64,000 nt of DNA from Octopus sinensis. Taxonomy: Eukaryota. The stretch is taken from positions 65,596,001 to 65,660,000 of the forward strand of contig NC_042999.1 in assembly GCF_006345805.1 (NCBI RefSeq), written 5' to 3'. Below, in pieces: positions 11,728 to 25,065 of this stretch. The notes below the pieces were generated by a model, which saw only the letters and a program-made list of their open reading frames with translations, was not told where the DNA came from and ran no database searches. A program made the translations under genes and the position numbers. Position 1 is the stretch's first letter, and every line of letters starts with the position of its first letter.

Positions 11728-14555
11728 TTAGAAAGTGTATAATATTGATGTAAGAATGGGAGAAGACTGTTGTATTGGCGGAATATATGTGAGCGTCAGC
11801 CGAGGTGCCTTCTCATGTTTTTGTACATCTCTTTATATACGGTGTTTAAATCCTACCGATGTGTATTTTGCACAACGTTACCGCCCTTGTGCCGACTAAA
11901 TAAATGATAAGGTAAGGAAAGATCGGGTCAGTGTAATCGATCTATTTTGGGTATGTGTTAGTGTTAGTAACAATTATAAATGGATTGGCTTCTGTTTTTT
12001 TTTTCTTTTGGAAGTGATCGATTTTGTTTCCAAATTTTTTCTACTGAGGTATATTTGCACGATAATTACGAAAATCATTTTTATCTTTTAAAAACAGACT
12101 AACCGTTTTTGAGGTTACGTAATTTTATTGATATTTAACTAGCTACTCTTATCACTACAAAAAAAAAAAATTAAAGACGTTGCTTCAACTAGACATGTGC
12201 TGTCCAGCACACGGGTGAACTTCTTTGAACAGTGCTATGATCAAAGATATTCCAACTATGGTGAACACGTTTATACTCTCTCTTTCTCTCTCTCCCTCTC
12301 TCTCGCACGAGCGCACATACAAACACGCACAAGTGCATACACACACACACACACACACACGTAAATTATCTTAAGTTTCCAGTTTCTGAAACATGGCTGG
12401 CTTTGATTTGAGATTTAACTTCTCATATATAGAGCCCTAACACACACTCACACACACACAAGTACACACTTGCCGAACAGTTTTTTTACGTCGAAAAGAA
12501 GGAACAACTATGATATGGTCTCTCTTAAAGAAATACACGTTATGGTTTAGGCAGCTAAAGGTTCCTTGCAAGTATTTACGTATTTTGTAGCTAAATCAAC
12601 AGATACGATAAATACAAAAGCACAGTTGAAGAAGGAGAAGAAGAAGAAGGGAAACCAAGTCAAAAACTGATATTGAAACTGTATCATAAAAAAATATATT
12701 CAGTGTTTCTAGTTTATAAATGGTTGAAATAAAGTTAGTTTTCGGCCCATTCAAAACATAGGGTTGCTCAAATCTAGCTAACAACACAATCACCTTCAGA
12801 ATAAACAAATATTTTCAAATTATGTATTCAATTAACTGGTCTAAATGAGAGAATATTTGTAGGATTTTTCAGACTGGAAGAAAGATAAATGGTTCGATTA
12901 TCCTCAGGAAACTGGACAAATCTGACGAAAACGAAATGTCATTTATAGTTGTTAAGTCAGACAACAGTTAACCATTCACCAAATCATTTGCTCGAAGAGG
13001 GATTTGCTCAGTTTTCGCCTAAACAATCCCCCCCCCCAAAGGCTTGTCTTCTAATTGCGGAACAGAAGACCGTCTTCCATTGCACACACAACGTCAAACA
13101 TCTGCCACTAATCCAAGTAATACCGACAATTTTTTTCATAAGCTATTGCCTTGTTCTTGATGAAGGTGTTTCTATTTCAATCTATGTATTCTTAATCACT
13201 GCTGTCCTACACTTTCTTAGTTGAAATCTACTCACATACAGCGTTGTGAATCATCTATTAACTTACAAAACCCCACCTTTTCTAGAAATAGTGTTATCAT
13301 CGTGTCGGCAGAGATCCCTGTGGAATCATATACTTCAGAAACAAAAGTGGCAATTTCATATTGCTTCCCTGTGTGAAAAGCATCCCAGTAATAAGAATGT
13401 TTCGTTAAGCCGAACTACATTCCAGGATTAGGAACATGCTACCTCATTGCTATATCGCTTTAGAACTCGAACACTTCTTTCACATACACAAATATTAAGA
13501 ACTCTTTAGATCGTTAAGAAATATTTTGTCCCACCTCTATACATTAATTCCATTGCTCTGCGGAAAATATACACGACGATGCACGTTAGTGTCAATGTCT
13601 AACTCATTATTGTTGTTCCATTTCAGATGTATAAAAGCCACAGAGACATTCAAGGTGTTATTGTTATGTAGCAGTAGATTACCTTCACGCTGCAAAAGTT
13701 TTCTCCAACAATGTGTAGTTTCTGCACAAATGACAGTCGTGAGTGTCATGTAAACCTGATGTTTAATATCGATCCTAATTTGAGACCATACTCCTTTCAA
13801 GGCGAACAATGCATTTTCGACATCTCTTTATCTTACGCTAATGAAATTTGACAGATCTTCTGACGATTTCAATGACGAGAGTTCAACATTTTTGATTATC
13901 CGAATTAATTATTAATTAACTTGTAACGGAAAAGACTGACTATTCCCCAGATAGGTACTCACTCGAAGTAACTTCTTGACATAATCATTATAATATTACG
14001 CGTGAATTAGTTGAAATTACAAAGTCTAGCCTCATATCCTTCTTCATTGAATAGTCTTTCGTTGCACGAAGGCTGTTACATGACACTAACCGAGCACAAG
14101 CATATCAAAAGTTAAGCTCATAATTTCCTAACATTTCCCAAGAAATATTGTCAGTATCAGGTAAAAAAAAAACCCCAAAAGAAGAACAGAAGCATGTCAT
14201 TGATCTTATGTATGTATTTATAACTTAACCTTATGTACTTTCTAAAATATCTGACGAAACCTAGACAAACACCCAAGTACCTCAATTTCTTCGGCTAATT
14301 AATTCACTCTACTGGAGGGATAAAGGTAGAAGGAGGTATTTTTGCCTCTTGGCTAAAACAGCTGTAAGATATTTTCCCAATTTCGCTTCCTGTATGTTAT
14401 ATATTTTAATAATTACTGACATCTTTATATATTATATATGTAAAGCATAATATGTTATACATGTATGTATATTGTTGTAAGTGTCATTTCAGTAAATAAA
14501 TAAATAAGCAATGTCTAAAAGTTGATGAATACCGCCTATTGATCCCCTCCATTTT

Positions 14556-14611
<56 letters not shown>

Positions 14612-14898
14612 ATTCCATATGTATACATCCAGTATGTTCTTTAGAGCCAAATGCTTCAATGAATTTCAAATTAAAATCTGATCCTTTAACCCGGATAGAT
14701 TCGAAGTAATAAGAGTGCTATTAGCAAATTCCAAATGAGGAGGTGGGAGATAATAAGATAGATAAACACAGCTTAAAACTTGCAAAAGTGTGAATATATG
14801 TACCAAGCCAAGGTCTGTTTATTTACTATGTCTCTCTATTACTGCCCTCTGTATGTAATCTCGCTATATATAAAACTGAGAATGTCTGTCTGTCTGTC

Positions 14899-15190
14899 TC
14901 CCTAAAACTTGAGAACTACACAACCAATTTCATTAAAATTTTACACATGTCTTACTTAGGGTCCGGGGAGTGTCATCGGCAAAAAAAATTTAACTTTTTG
15001 TCTAGGGCGAGCCCACAGCAATATCATATCTTCTCCACTACGATTCCCTAAAACTTGAGAACTACACAACCAATTTCATTCAAATTTTACACATGCCTTA
15101 CTTAGGATCCATGTAGTTTCATGGGCAAAAAAAATGTTCAACTTCTTGCCTAGAGCGAGCCCATAGCAATATCATATCTTCTCCACTATT
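14899..15190 (+). repeat. Tandem duplication with a 146 bp period
   Basis: TCCCTAAAACTTGAGAACTACACAACCAATTTC starts at 14899 and 15045; both units end in ATATCATATCTTCTCCACTA. Confidence 0.9.
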
Positions 15191-15589
15191 TCAGTATTAT
15201 GTGTTAAAAGTGAAAAAAAACATTTCTCTATTTTATGTCCGATACTTTCACTTTAACAATAAAAATAATAATAACAATTGAATTATATGTAGTAAGTAAT
15301 AATTAAAATCAAACTAAAGTATAATATAATCGTAACATAACAAAAGTAAAAATAGCAATTGGTATAAAATTGCATCAATGACTTGAACTTGAATAAGTTG
15401 TTTCACATGAATGGGAATAAATTAAAAATAAAATTAGTGTGCAGAAATGGAATAGTCCAGATGGATAATAAAAAATTAAATTAAAGAAAATACTATTGTC
15501 TATAAAGTATACAATGTAGAGGAAAAAGATTTGAATACCTGGAGGAAAGCAGCATCGAAAAGTGTCTTGGTGCGACTATGAAAGATATC

Positions 15590-15845
15590 TAACGAGAGGC
15601 GGTAAATTCGCCACAATAGAAGCAAGGTTCGAGTCAAAGGAGCATGCAAGGGAGTACTCGAATCGAACTTGCAAAGTGGAAATATCTTATTTTTACCTTT
15701 ATATCTGGGACGTAGGACGTCCCGGATAAAAATTAAAAATGCCACCCCCCAATAGCAGTAGAGGTAGGCTGGATTGTAGCCACACTTCTATACAAGAGGG
15801 AGGACAAGATAAAATTGATCGAAATTGCAAGAGACGGGCTCACAA
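15590..15845 (+). pseudogene. Frameshifted fragment of an L1/Tx1-like ORF1 (gag-like) protein
   Basis: Frame-stitched RGGKFATIEARFESKEHAREYSN..LQSGNILFLPLYLGRRTSRIKIKN..AVEVGWIVATLL aligns by eye with the peptide at 29614. The clade assignment is from recall. Confidence 0.5.
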
Positions 15846-16009
15846 TTCCAGTCTGTTACATATTTTGAATATTGTTATTACTAGCGATATCAAGATATAA
15901 CTTTGTATTTTATGTGTAGATGTATATATTTATATAGATGTACATGTAATATGTACACATATATACATGCACTAGCACTATGACCCGGCAACGACGGGTA
16001 ATAATGCTA

Positions 16010-16057
<48 letters not shown>

Positions 16058-16289
16058 CATATTCACTCGATTGGCCATGGTGGACCGCTGAAATCTACAA
16101 GTTATTTTTTCAATCTTTCTCTGTTTATTTTCTCTTATTTCTTTCTGGTGGAGATGAGAGTAGGGTCGAAACGTAAATGACTTCTTCATTTTCCGGAGCA
16201 TCAAACTTATACACTTGGTTGTTGTTCATAAACCTGTCTTCGTCTTTTGTTTTTTTACAGATTTTAACTACATATGTGTGTGTGTGTGT

Positions 16290-16631
16290 AACTCTATTCC
16301 ATCGGTCACGAATGACAGTGAGTGCACCTAAGAGTTTCCCCTCCGCGGTACAAGTCTGGATGGGAACGCACAATCTAGGTTTGTTTTCATGGAAAACCAG
16401 CAGTCGCCCTCCCCTCTCCACGCAAGCGATATTATCCAAGGGAAAGGAAAAGGGGCCGATACAGCTTGGCACCTGTGATGTCGCAACTCATTTCTACAGG
16501 TGAGTGAACTGGAGCAACGTGAAATAATGTGTCTTGCTCAAGAGCACAACACGCAGCCAGGTCCGGGAATCGAACTCACAAACTCACGATCCTAAGACCG
16601 ACTCTGTAACCACTAAGGCATGCGCCTTCAC
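16290..16631 (-). mobile_element. SINE family C variant (tRNA head, CORE-like body, longer tail)
   Basis: Reverse-complement head GTGAAGGCGCATGCCTTAGTGG, B-box GAGTTCGATTCC and core GTGCTCTTGAGCAAGACAC. Related to the 37790 copy. Confidence 0.75.
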
Positions 16632-17645
16632 GTGTGTTTTTGTGGGGGTTGTATACATACATACATGCATACACACATACATATATAAGAACACCATTTA
16701 GGTGCATAAATGATATCAGCATTTGGCAAACTTCGTTGATTTTACACTTTGGAAAATAACTCCTACTCAAAATTTCTACATGATAATTGTTATTACCTGT
16801 CCCTTATTACTAAAAAAATGACCATAAAATCATAGGCATAGCGTTCATTCAAATATAATTTGAATGTCGATTTTTATATCTTCCGCATATCAAAATGTCG
16901 AATTGGGAACATGGTTAAAATTTAAATACATATGGCAAATAGTATTCCTCGATTTGGAAACGAATTCTTCAAAAGTATTTTGTTGCTGATGAACAGAGAC
17001 ACACACCCAGAGAATAAAGGAATGGTAGATGAATAGCTCTTTGTTTATCAACACGCCATGTACGACTACAACGTTAGAAAACAGAGTGATTGCATCCCAG
17101 ATAAGTAAATTAGACAATCATCAAATATCAATCATTATATTAGGTCTGAATTTGTTGGATACAGTTACAGGAAACAGCTAGCAATTAGCTGAAGCGTCCA
17201 GGAATAAAGATCTGGGTAATATACGTCGATGTGACAACTGATTTGAACCCTGTGAAATTAACACTGGAGATTTGATGCACAACACAAACACGAGGTACGT
17301 CGGAAAATATTCCAAGACAATCTTCAGTTGTAGAATGAGACCCTGGCTAAAATATGCAATGCAGTCTTCAGAAAATTAACAATGAAGATGAAAATATATA
17401 TTCCAGTAACATAGCAGGTATACTCACTCATGTTATGAATGATTACAGGTAACATGCATAGATATAAACATGTTTTCCACACACACACACATATATATAT
17501 ATATATTTGATTTGATTTGAAAACCCCACTAGAATGGGAGAAAGCGCTAATAATCTGAATGATATGATATATATATGTAAAAAATGTAATATATAAATAA
17601 ATATCTATAAATATGAACCATCCGATCTTCTGATTACCTCATTTC

Positions 17646-17682
<37 letters not shown>

Positions 17683-17774
17683 CATTCATACATAAAAATG
17701 CTTGCTGATTCCAATATATTATATATACTTTAAGACAACGAAAACTGAATTGCATCTGCCAATACAAACTATAT

Positions 17775-17950
17775 GGAAGGACAGACAAACGTTTTAAGTC
17801 GATTATATCGACCCCAGTGCGTAACTGGTACTTAATTTATCGACCCCCTAAAGGATGAAAGGCAAAGTTGACCTCGGCGGTATTTGAACTCAGAACGTAA
17901 CGGCTACGCTTTTCGCTCGGCATGCTAACGTTTCTGCCAGCTCGCCGCCT
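17775..17950 (-). mobile_element. SINE family A
   Basis: TAAGTCGATTATATCGACCCCAGTGCGTAACTGGTACTT...CTGCCAGCTCGCCGCC. Confidence 0.8.
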
Positions 17951-18664
17951 TCAGTAAATGAATATAGCATGCATATAAATGCTGATATGTACACATACGT
18001 ACATAGTACAATAAATGAATAAAGTAGCATACATATATATGCATACATGTACACATACATGCATACATACATAAAGCACAAATAAACACTATATATACAT
18101 GCCTTCAAGCAAGGCAAGAGTACGACAGACAAAGAAATCACGTGCTATACATGATATCATTTGCACAGCACATATCACATATATTAAATGAGTAAGATTA
18201 AGGACAAAGTAAACACCTATGCCAGACTAATAGAAACTATGCAGTTAGTCTAATCAAAATTCAGCTTTATATTTTACCTTTGATGCTTAATCATTGCTGT
18301 AACATCAACCTGTGGATGCTGGAATGTACAAAGCTAGAAGGGGCATTGCTTCTAAAGAGATTGCATCTATAAGCCATCGATGGTATGCTGAAAATATGTG
18401 AAATGTTCATTCCAGAAGCTTAGAATATATTGGAAAGTCATACATACTTGTAGACATACAACATTATGTTTGTACAAACAGAAATCTGTGCTTGCATGCA
18501 AACATACATACACACGCACACATACATACATATATTTACATACTGGCATACATGACCATAGCGTTGATGGTATCAAAGTGGCATGGAAAAAGATTAGTTT
18601 CAACGGTGGATGTTGTCTCTTTCTCTACTTGTGAGAAGTTATAGAAAGAAGAACGAGGGAATAC

Positions 18665-18725
<61 letters not shown>

Positions 18726-18784
18726 TAGATAGATAGAAAAGTATGATTAAAACAAAGATAAATCAATAGTTTATCTCTCTCTTC

Positions 18785-18883
<99 letters not shown>

Positions 18884-19954
18884 TTGTACATATATATTCA
18901 TATATATTGTATATATATAATAATATGTATACATTGTATATATATTCATATGATATATGTATATTATATATATATATATATATATATTTATGAATATATA
19001 GATAGAAGTATATAAATACACACACACACACACAAATATATGTCTGTTTTATAATATCCATTATAATTCAATTTTAAGGACTTTTTTTATACTCCATAAA
19101 ATTTCCGTTACTACAAACTAGGGATTATCTTCAGAAAATAGCATTTCCCAAAGAATTATATGGAAATATAATAAGAAGATTTATTTGTATATTCCTATAT
19201 AAAATTTGATGTTATTTCTTTTGACATGAAACATTGTAGAAACTAAATTCCATTCCATATGTATTTCTGCGTGCTATTTTCTTGGGAAGTTCTTCAACCA
19301 TCCATTTTTAAGGTAGAGCTAGTCCATTATAGATTTAACTCTCCCATTGTTGTATAAATAATCATAGTTTGCACGAGGAAAGAAAAACGATTTCTTAAAT
19401 ATATATTGCGTTACTATGGTACCTGCAAATCTTAGCCTTTTACCAGAATCGTGTAAGTGCAGTTGAAAGATAAACATGCGTTCCAGAAAATTAAGATTTA
19501 CAACCGAACCATAGCCAATATTTTCTCAAAGAAACTACACATTTTAAGGAAACAGGTTGTCAGCATATTTCGTATGTGTCATGCATTATTTATATTATAT
19601 TGTTATCATACGTGCTCTATTTGAAGAGTTTCTTTTGAAAAAAGTCTTCTCTGAAACCATGACAACTGGAGGGAAATTGTCCGGGAATTATCATTTATAG
19701 AAAATTATGGTTTCCGCATGGATTATTAGCTTTCATTTCGCATAAAACTCACTGAATTATACAGCTGCCCAGCAAAAGTATGTCCTTCCTTATAAACTTT
19801 GCTTCTCTTTGATACAATGTTAAGCTAGCAGCAGAGCTATTAGTAAATATTTAATACAGTTTCGTTTGAAATTAAACGCTCTTTGCCTACTTAGCTTAAC
19901 ATTATCATGTAAACTTTGAATGAATAAATACGTGTGTATATATATATATAATAT

Positions 19955-21515
19955 CTGTAGTTTCGGCTCAGAGCTGCGGTCATGCTGATGCACCGCCGTT
20001 TTGCTACACTGTTAATACTAACAGCCTCCTCCAATATGTGGCACTTGGTAAAGAATGGAGATTGATAGGGCTACCCTCATTTGCACCTCTTACCGTGATG
20101 TAGGTTCATCTGGGATTCTCGACATGAAGTCCAGCATTGAATTAAAAATTCCTACATCTACTTTGTGCAGGTTCCTCAGGCTCTTTGGGGGAATATCAAA
20201 AAGCTGTGGGCGCCTGAAACCCTGGCTGTCGAAGTAACTGGTCCTGAAGTGCGATGGCCTTGCTGGTATCTTTGGCACTATGCACTGCCGTCCCGTTCTA
20301 GCATTGTTGTAGCTTTCAATGCCAAATTTTGGCACAATTTCTTCAAGGATCTTCCAGATGTATATTACTGTATACCTCTCCCGCCTACTCTCCAGGGAGT
20401 AGAGTCTTAGCTGTTTCAACCTTTCCTAGTAGCTCAGCAGTTGCAAAGGGACGATCTTCTTTGTGAATCTTCTCTCGATTGCTTCAAGTTCCGCTGTTAA
20501 TTTCACACTGATGGGTGACCATAGCTGTGAGGAGTAATCCAGGAAGCTGAGGGTGAATGTCCTCCAGAGGACCATCATGGTTTCCTTATCTCTAGTTCTG
20601 AATAGTATCAGGATCTATCCAGCCAGTCGTCTACACTTTGTCGCCATCCTGGTAATGTGCACTTGGAAAGAGGTATCATCACTCATGTCGATACCCAGGT
20701 CCCTCACCGATTTAGGCTCTGGGATTGAAATTTCCTGTGGATCAGTGTACCCTGTAATTTTCACATTCAGTTTTGGACTCTGGTAGGGCAGAGCTTGGAA
20801 TTTCTCAGCATTATACTGCATATTATTATCCTCAGCCCATCTGTTAATTGAGTCCAACTCCTGCTGCAGATAAGCAATATCGCTGGGGTTCTGTATTTTC
20901 TGCGAGACTTTCATATCGTCTGCATAGCTTGCCAGAGTGGCTATCCGGGTTCTTGAGGACATATGTGAGAGGGCCACTATAAAAAGCAGTGGTCCTAAGA
21001 CTACCTTGTGGAACACAGCTCACTATTTGTGTTTCCATAGATGTGGCTCCATTAGCCACTACTGCCTGACTTCTATATTTCAGAAAGTCATGTAATCACT
21101 CTCCAAGTTTTCCAGATATGCCGAGATCATGCAGTTTGTGGCATATCCTGTACATAACTCCATGTCCCCCTACATGGCCTTGCTTTTTGCTTTTTGAGCC
21201 AAAAAAATTAACTAACTAACATATCATACAATAATCCACCTGTCAAAAGCTTTTGCAAAATCTAGGTATATTACGTCCACATTTGAGTTGTTGAGTAACT
21301 GCCTCAACACCCAGTCATAATGTTGTAAGAGCTAGGTCAGGCAGCTCCAACATGGTCGAAAACCATGCTAGATATCACTCAGCAACTTATTTTCTTCAAG
21401 AAATGCGATTAGTTTCCCTCTGACTATCCGTTCCATGACTTGCTGATGCGTGAAGTCAGAGAGATAGGCCTATAGGTTTTGGCATCTGCTCTGCTTCACC
21501 CTTTATGGATTGGGC
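19955..21515 (-). mobile_element. Older 5'-truncated LINE (CR1/L2 group), RT fragment with 3' tail, pseudogenised
   Basis: DVIYLDFAKAFD, VPQG..LGPLLF, LASYADD, VRDLG and YSLESRRERY motifs across frameshifts and stops. (TA)n on both sides. Confidence 0.9.
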
Positions 21516-21696
21516 ATATATATATATAACAGTGCATATATATGAATACATACACTTATTAGCATTCCGCTAATACATCTGTTGACTACACCATCCCTCT
21601 TCGTCTTTTTTTTGTGAATTCTCCCTATATATATATATATATAAACAAAATAACTCGTTATAAAATCTCAAGACGGTAGAAAGTAGTATCTTATAC

Positions 21697-21971
21697 TAAA
21701 CAGTAAAGCAAGTAGCTACATCAAATTGGCAGATGAATCTTACTACTAGTTTAACCACAGGTGGATTCTTCGCCAGCTTGTTTTCGGTGCAAGCTCTGCA
21801 CCTTTTATATACAATATATCACTAGCAGAGCGAACCCCTACTACACCCAATAGCTGACAGGTTCGCGGGACCGGCTAATTTCCAGCTATTTGACTCCTAT
21901 CAGCCACCAGGAGTTAAACTAGCAGTTACATTCATCTTTCACTTTGATGTGGCTACTCGCTTTACTGTTTA
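21697..21971. mobile_element. MITE-like element with 29 bp terminal inverted repeats
   Basis: TAAACAGTAAAGCAAGTAGCTACATCAAA (21697-21725) versus the reverse complement of 21943-21971, 2 mismatches. Confidence 0.55.
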
Positions 21972-22619
21972 TATATATATTTATTAAAGTCCCTTTAATA
22001 AATACAATGGTCGACAAATCCTATAGGTGCATGCACTGGCAAAAACACACCTTTCACTCATATGAATAATGATTAATATAGATAACCTCTTTGAATTTTA
22101 ATAATATGGTCCCATTTATATATCACCCCATAGTCAATTTTTATACTCTTAAAGGACTACTACCCAATCTTTTGAAGTATGTCTTACCTTTGTCTCTCTA
22201 CCTCGCCCTCCTCTCTCTCCCTCTCTCTATCGTAAGCACAATCAAACACAGACACAAACCTGTCACTTCACCACTGTCTGTTTTTGGCATCTACCCAACC
22301 ACACACACAATCACGCACACACATACACACACACATAGACATTAATGCAGTTATATACATACACACACATAGGCACTCATTCAGAAAAGAAAACAACAAA
22401 ATCACCATTCATATGACCTGCACCCTATCACCTTCCTACTCTTAGGCTTCTCTCCTCCAACCTTGTTTGAACCCTTGAACCTTCTAGAATCTTCTACATT
22501 CAACCATTTTTGACGTCACTGCTTATAACGGATTTTTTAAAGAAATACTCATTATCGCTATGGGCTCCGTGTGGGTAGTCATCTAAAAGTTTTTGTGCAT
22601 CTTGATGCTGACATAAGTT

Positions 22620-22714
22620 CCTTGTTTTTCGTCATGAGAAGGCGGCATAATGCACCCCTTATTCCTTCGAAATTAGGAATATGCAGCCTTCGAAACATAT
22701 GTCGAAAATAAAGG
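22620..22714 (+). ncRNA. Degenerate minimal type-I hammerhead ribozyme (Penelope-type end)
   Basis: Long stem II GAAGGC.GCATA...TATGC.GCCTTC, then GAAAC, palindromic ACATATGT and a GUC site, with an imperfect stem I (CCTTGTTTTTC/GAAAATAAAGG). The core reads GTCATGA rather than CTGANGA. Confidence 0.45.
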
Positions 22715-22890
22715 AATTTTGTTAATTCGTCGTTCAACTCCATTTATTTGTATATAAAAAAACACAAATTTCCACACGAAAGCACGTGATCTCTGCTCTA
22801 GGCATGTAACTTCAACCGTGTTTTTCTGACGTGAATTTGCTATCCAGGTATCGGTTAACCGAATTATCCATAAGATAATTCATTCAACTA

Positions 22891-22931
<41 letters not shown>

Positions 22932-23189
22932 GTGTGTGTGTGTGTGTGTGTGTGCCAGAAATATGCTTGTAGAGTTTATATAAATTAGTAAATAGATGTA
23001 AGCGATTTTCAATTCTCTTTTCTTTTCACATATAGAAACTTGTGCTAGTGAAAGTTTAAGATATCGAAAGAATGAATGATTTATATAGGTAGACATGAAA
23101 AAATTTCAAAAACACAAAAACAAATGAATAACAAATATGAGCAAAAAATATCTATAAAAATATGCAAGATATTAAGACGAGAACTTTCG

Positions 23190-23400
23190 TAAGGTGGCAG
23201 AATCGTTATCACGGTGGATAACATTCTTTGCTTTGTCTCATCTGATTTTGGTTTCTGAGTTCAAATTTCGTTCAGTTTTACTTTCTGAGTTAAAATTCTC
23301 TCCGGTTTTAAAATTCTGTCCTGTTTTACTTTCTGAGTTCAAATGGTTGATTTTGCTTTTCGTCCTTTCGTAGGCGATAAACTAGGCACTTGTTGAGCTC
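23190..23400 (+). mobile_element. Degenerate SINE family A with internal TTCTGAGTT repeats
   Basis: GGTGGCAGAATCGTT head; TTCTGAGTT(C/A)AAA occurs three times. Confidence 0.55.
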
Positions 23401-24998
23401 TATAATAGACTGGTGGGGAACGAAAATTTCATATTTGCTGAGTGAATACACGAAAAGTGTTAGTTAAATGAATTCCTAGTCACGTTGAAGTAAAAACAAA
23501 TGATCTACAACTTGAAGAACAACTATCAATACGATGAACACATTTTTTTTATTCCCTCGTAAAATATAAAATTCCATAGTCTTTTAACTAGCCTTCTAAC
23601 AGCATATTAATCGTCGTTTCCTATAATCGTCTTAGAAAAATTTACATATTTCTTTATATAATCCACTAACTCAAAATTCTCTTCATATAACAGAAACATT
23701 GAGATCCTATCTTCTTTTTCTCGTAAGCCAACTCATATCAAGTCCTTTGTACTTCAGCTTTAGTTTGTTTACGTTTAATACTGAGATGTGAAAGGCGTTT
23801 TATATATCTGTGTGTCCTCTTAATTCAACATAGCAAATAAAGTAATTACAATCGTTGCAATTTTTGGTACTCCTCACATCATATAAGAAATTACTATGTA
23901 ATTTTTTTGTGTTTGATATTGCTTTATTGTTGGATTTCGGTTTATTTTTTTCGCCTAGAGCTTGCTATATATTGTTAATTAGTTCATTATCATACTGTCA
24001 GTGATTAACTCAAAATATGTGAAATAATGCAGCTGATTTTTGTAAGCCAGTTTATATCTAATATTTATACATACAAACACACGCATGCACATACACGCAT
24101 AACAAAGGCGATTTTTTTCAAACACACAATATATATGAATATACCTATAATGATCCTCAGATTCATAACAATGTTTACCTATAAAATTTATTAATCTTCC
24201 ACATTTATTTTTCCGTCTAAGCTCCTACTTGTAAATCACACGTACACACTCACACATGCACGTACACAAGCAAACAAATACACATATTTGCTAGTGAGTG
24301 AATGTAGGTATGTACATATATCTATAGATAGATTGATTGATAGCCAGGTATATAGATTGATATACACATATTTATCTGTATAACATAAATATTACTCTGG
24401 GTCTGCTACCGACATCTTCACCAACCAAGAACATTCTCATCAATACCACACCAATTACTATTATATCCCTCCCACGTTTCACACATTATCCCCAGTACTG
24501 ATCACGAACCTAGCCGCCAGCACTATATCTACGCTCTCCAATCGGTTTCTATATCTTTCCACCGAGATTTGTAGCCATCTTCCTACTCTTCCTTTTATAT
24601 ATATGAAAGTAGAACAGAAGCGTCTGCCTTACACAAAAAAAAAAATGATATAAATGCATTGACACAACGCATTCCTTTTTCCATAAATTCAATGCTTAAA
24701 AACTAATACCTGTTAACACTCAGCAACAATATTTGGACTTACAGGAATATACGAATGTGCGTGCATATCTGCACGTGCGAGTATATCTGTATGTATATCT
24801 GTGTGAGTGTGTGTGTATGCTTGTGCATGTGTGTGTAAGTGTGTGCGTTTGAGTTGCAGCAGGAACTGCGACAAAGATCACGTATAGGAATGTGCAACAA
24901 AAAATTTGACATCAAATGGTGAATAGTACAGTGAAGATAACAGTCAGCATACATGCTGACAAGCTGCAACGAATCTTCCACGATAATATATATATATA

Positions 24999-25065
24999 CA
25001 ATAATCCCTCGACTACCGCACGTGTTACGTTCCAAAACTCCACGCGATTGGTGAAAATCTGCTAT
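24999..25065 (+). mobile_element. Terminal fragment of a pogo/Tigger-like DNA transposon or MITE
   Basis: TA|CAATAATCCCTCGACTACCGC...GTTACGTTCCAAAAC resembles Tigger-type termini (from recall). No partner end was found. Confidence 0.35.

Larger units (their letters stand above)
14859..16010 (+). mobile_element. Putative non-autonomous Helitron-like element
   Basis: 5' end A|TC...TATATATAAAACTGAGAATGTCTGTCTGTCTG. 3' hairpin ACCCG(GCAACGA)CGGGT followed by CTAG at 16007-16010. Whether the two ends belong to one element is inferred. Confidence 0.45.

Noticed and set aside
12860-13810. Several 60-90 aa ORFs in less AT-rich DNA
   Set aside because: No motif is recognised; possibly an ancient transposon remnant, but unsupported.
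21775-21805. Minus-strand hairpin GGTGCA/TGCACC followed by GAAA
   Set aside because: The CUGANGA box and cleavage triplet are absent.
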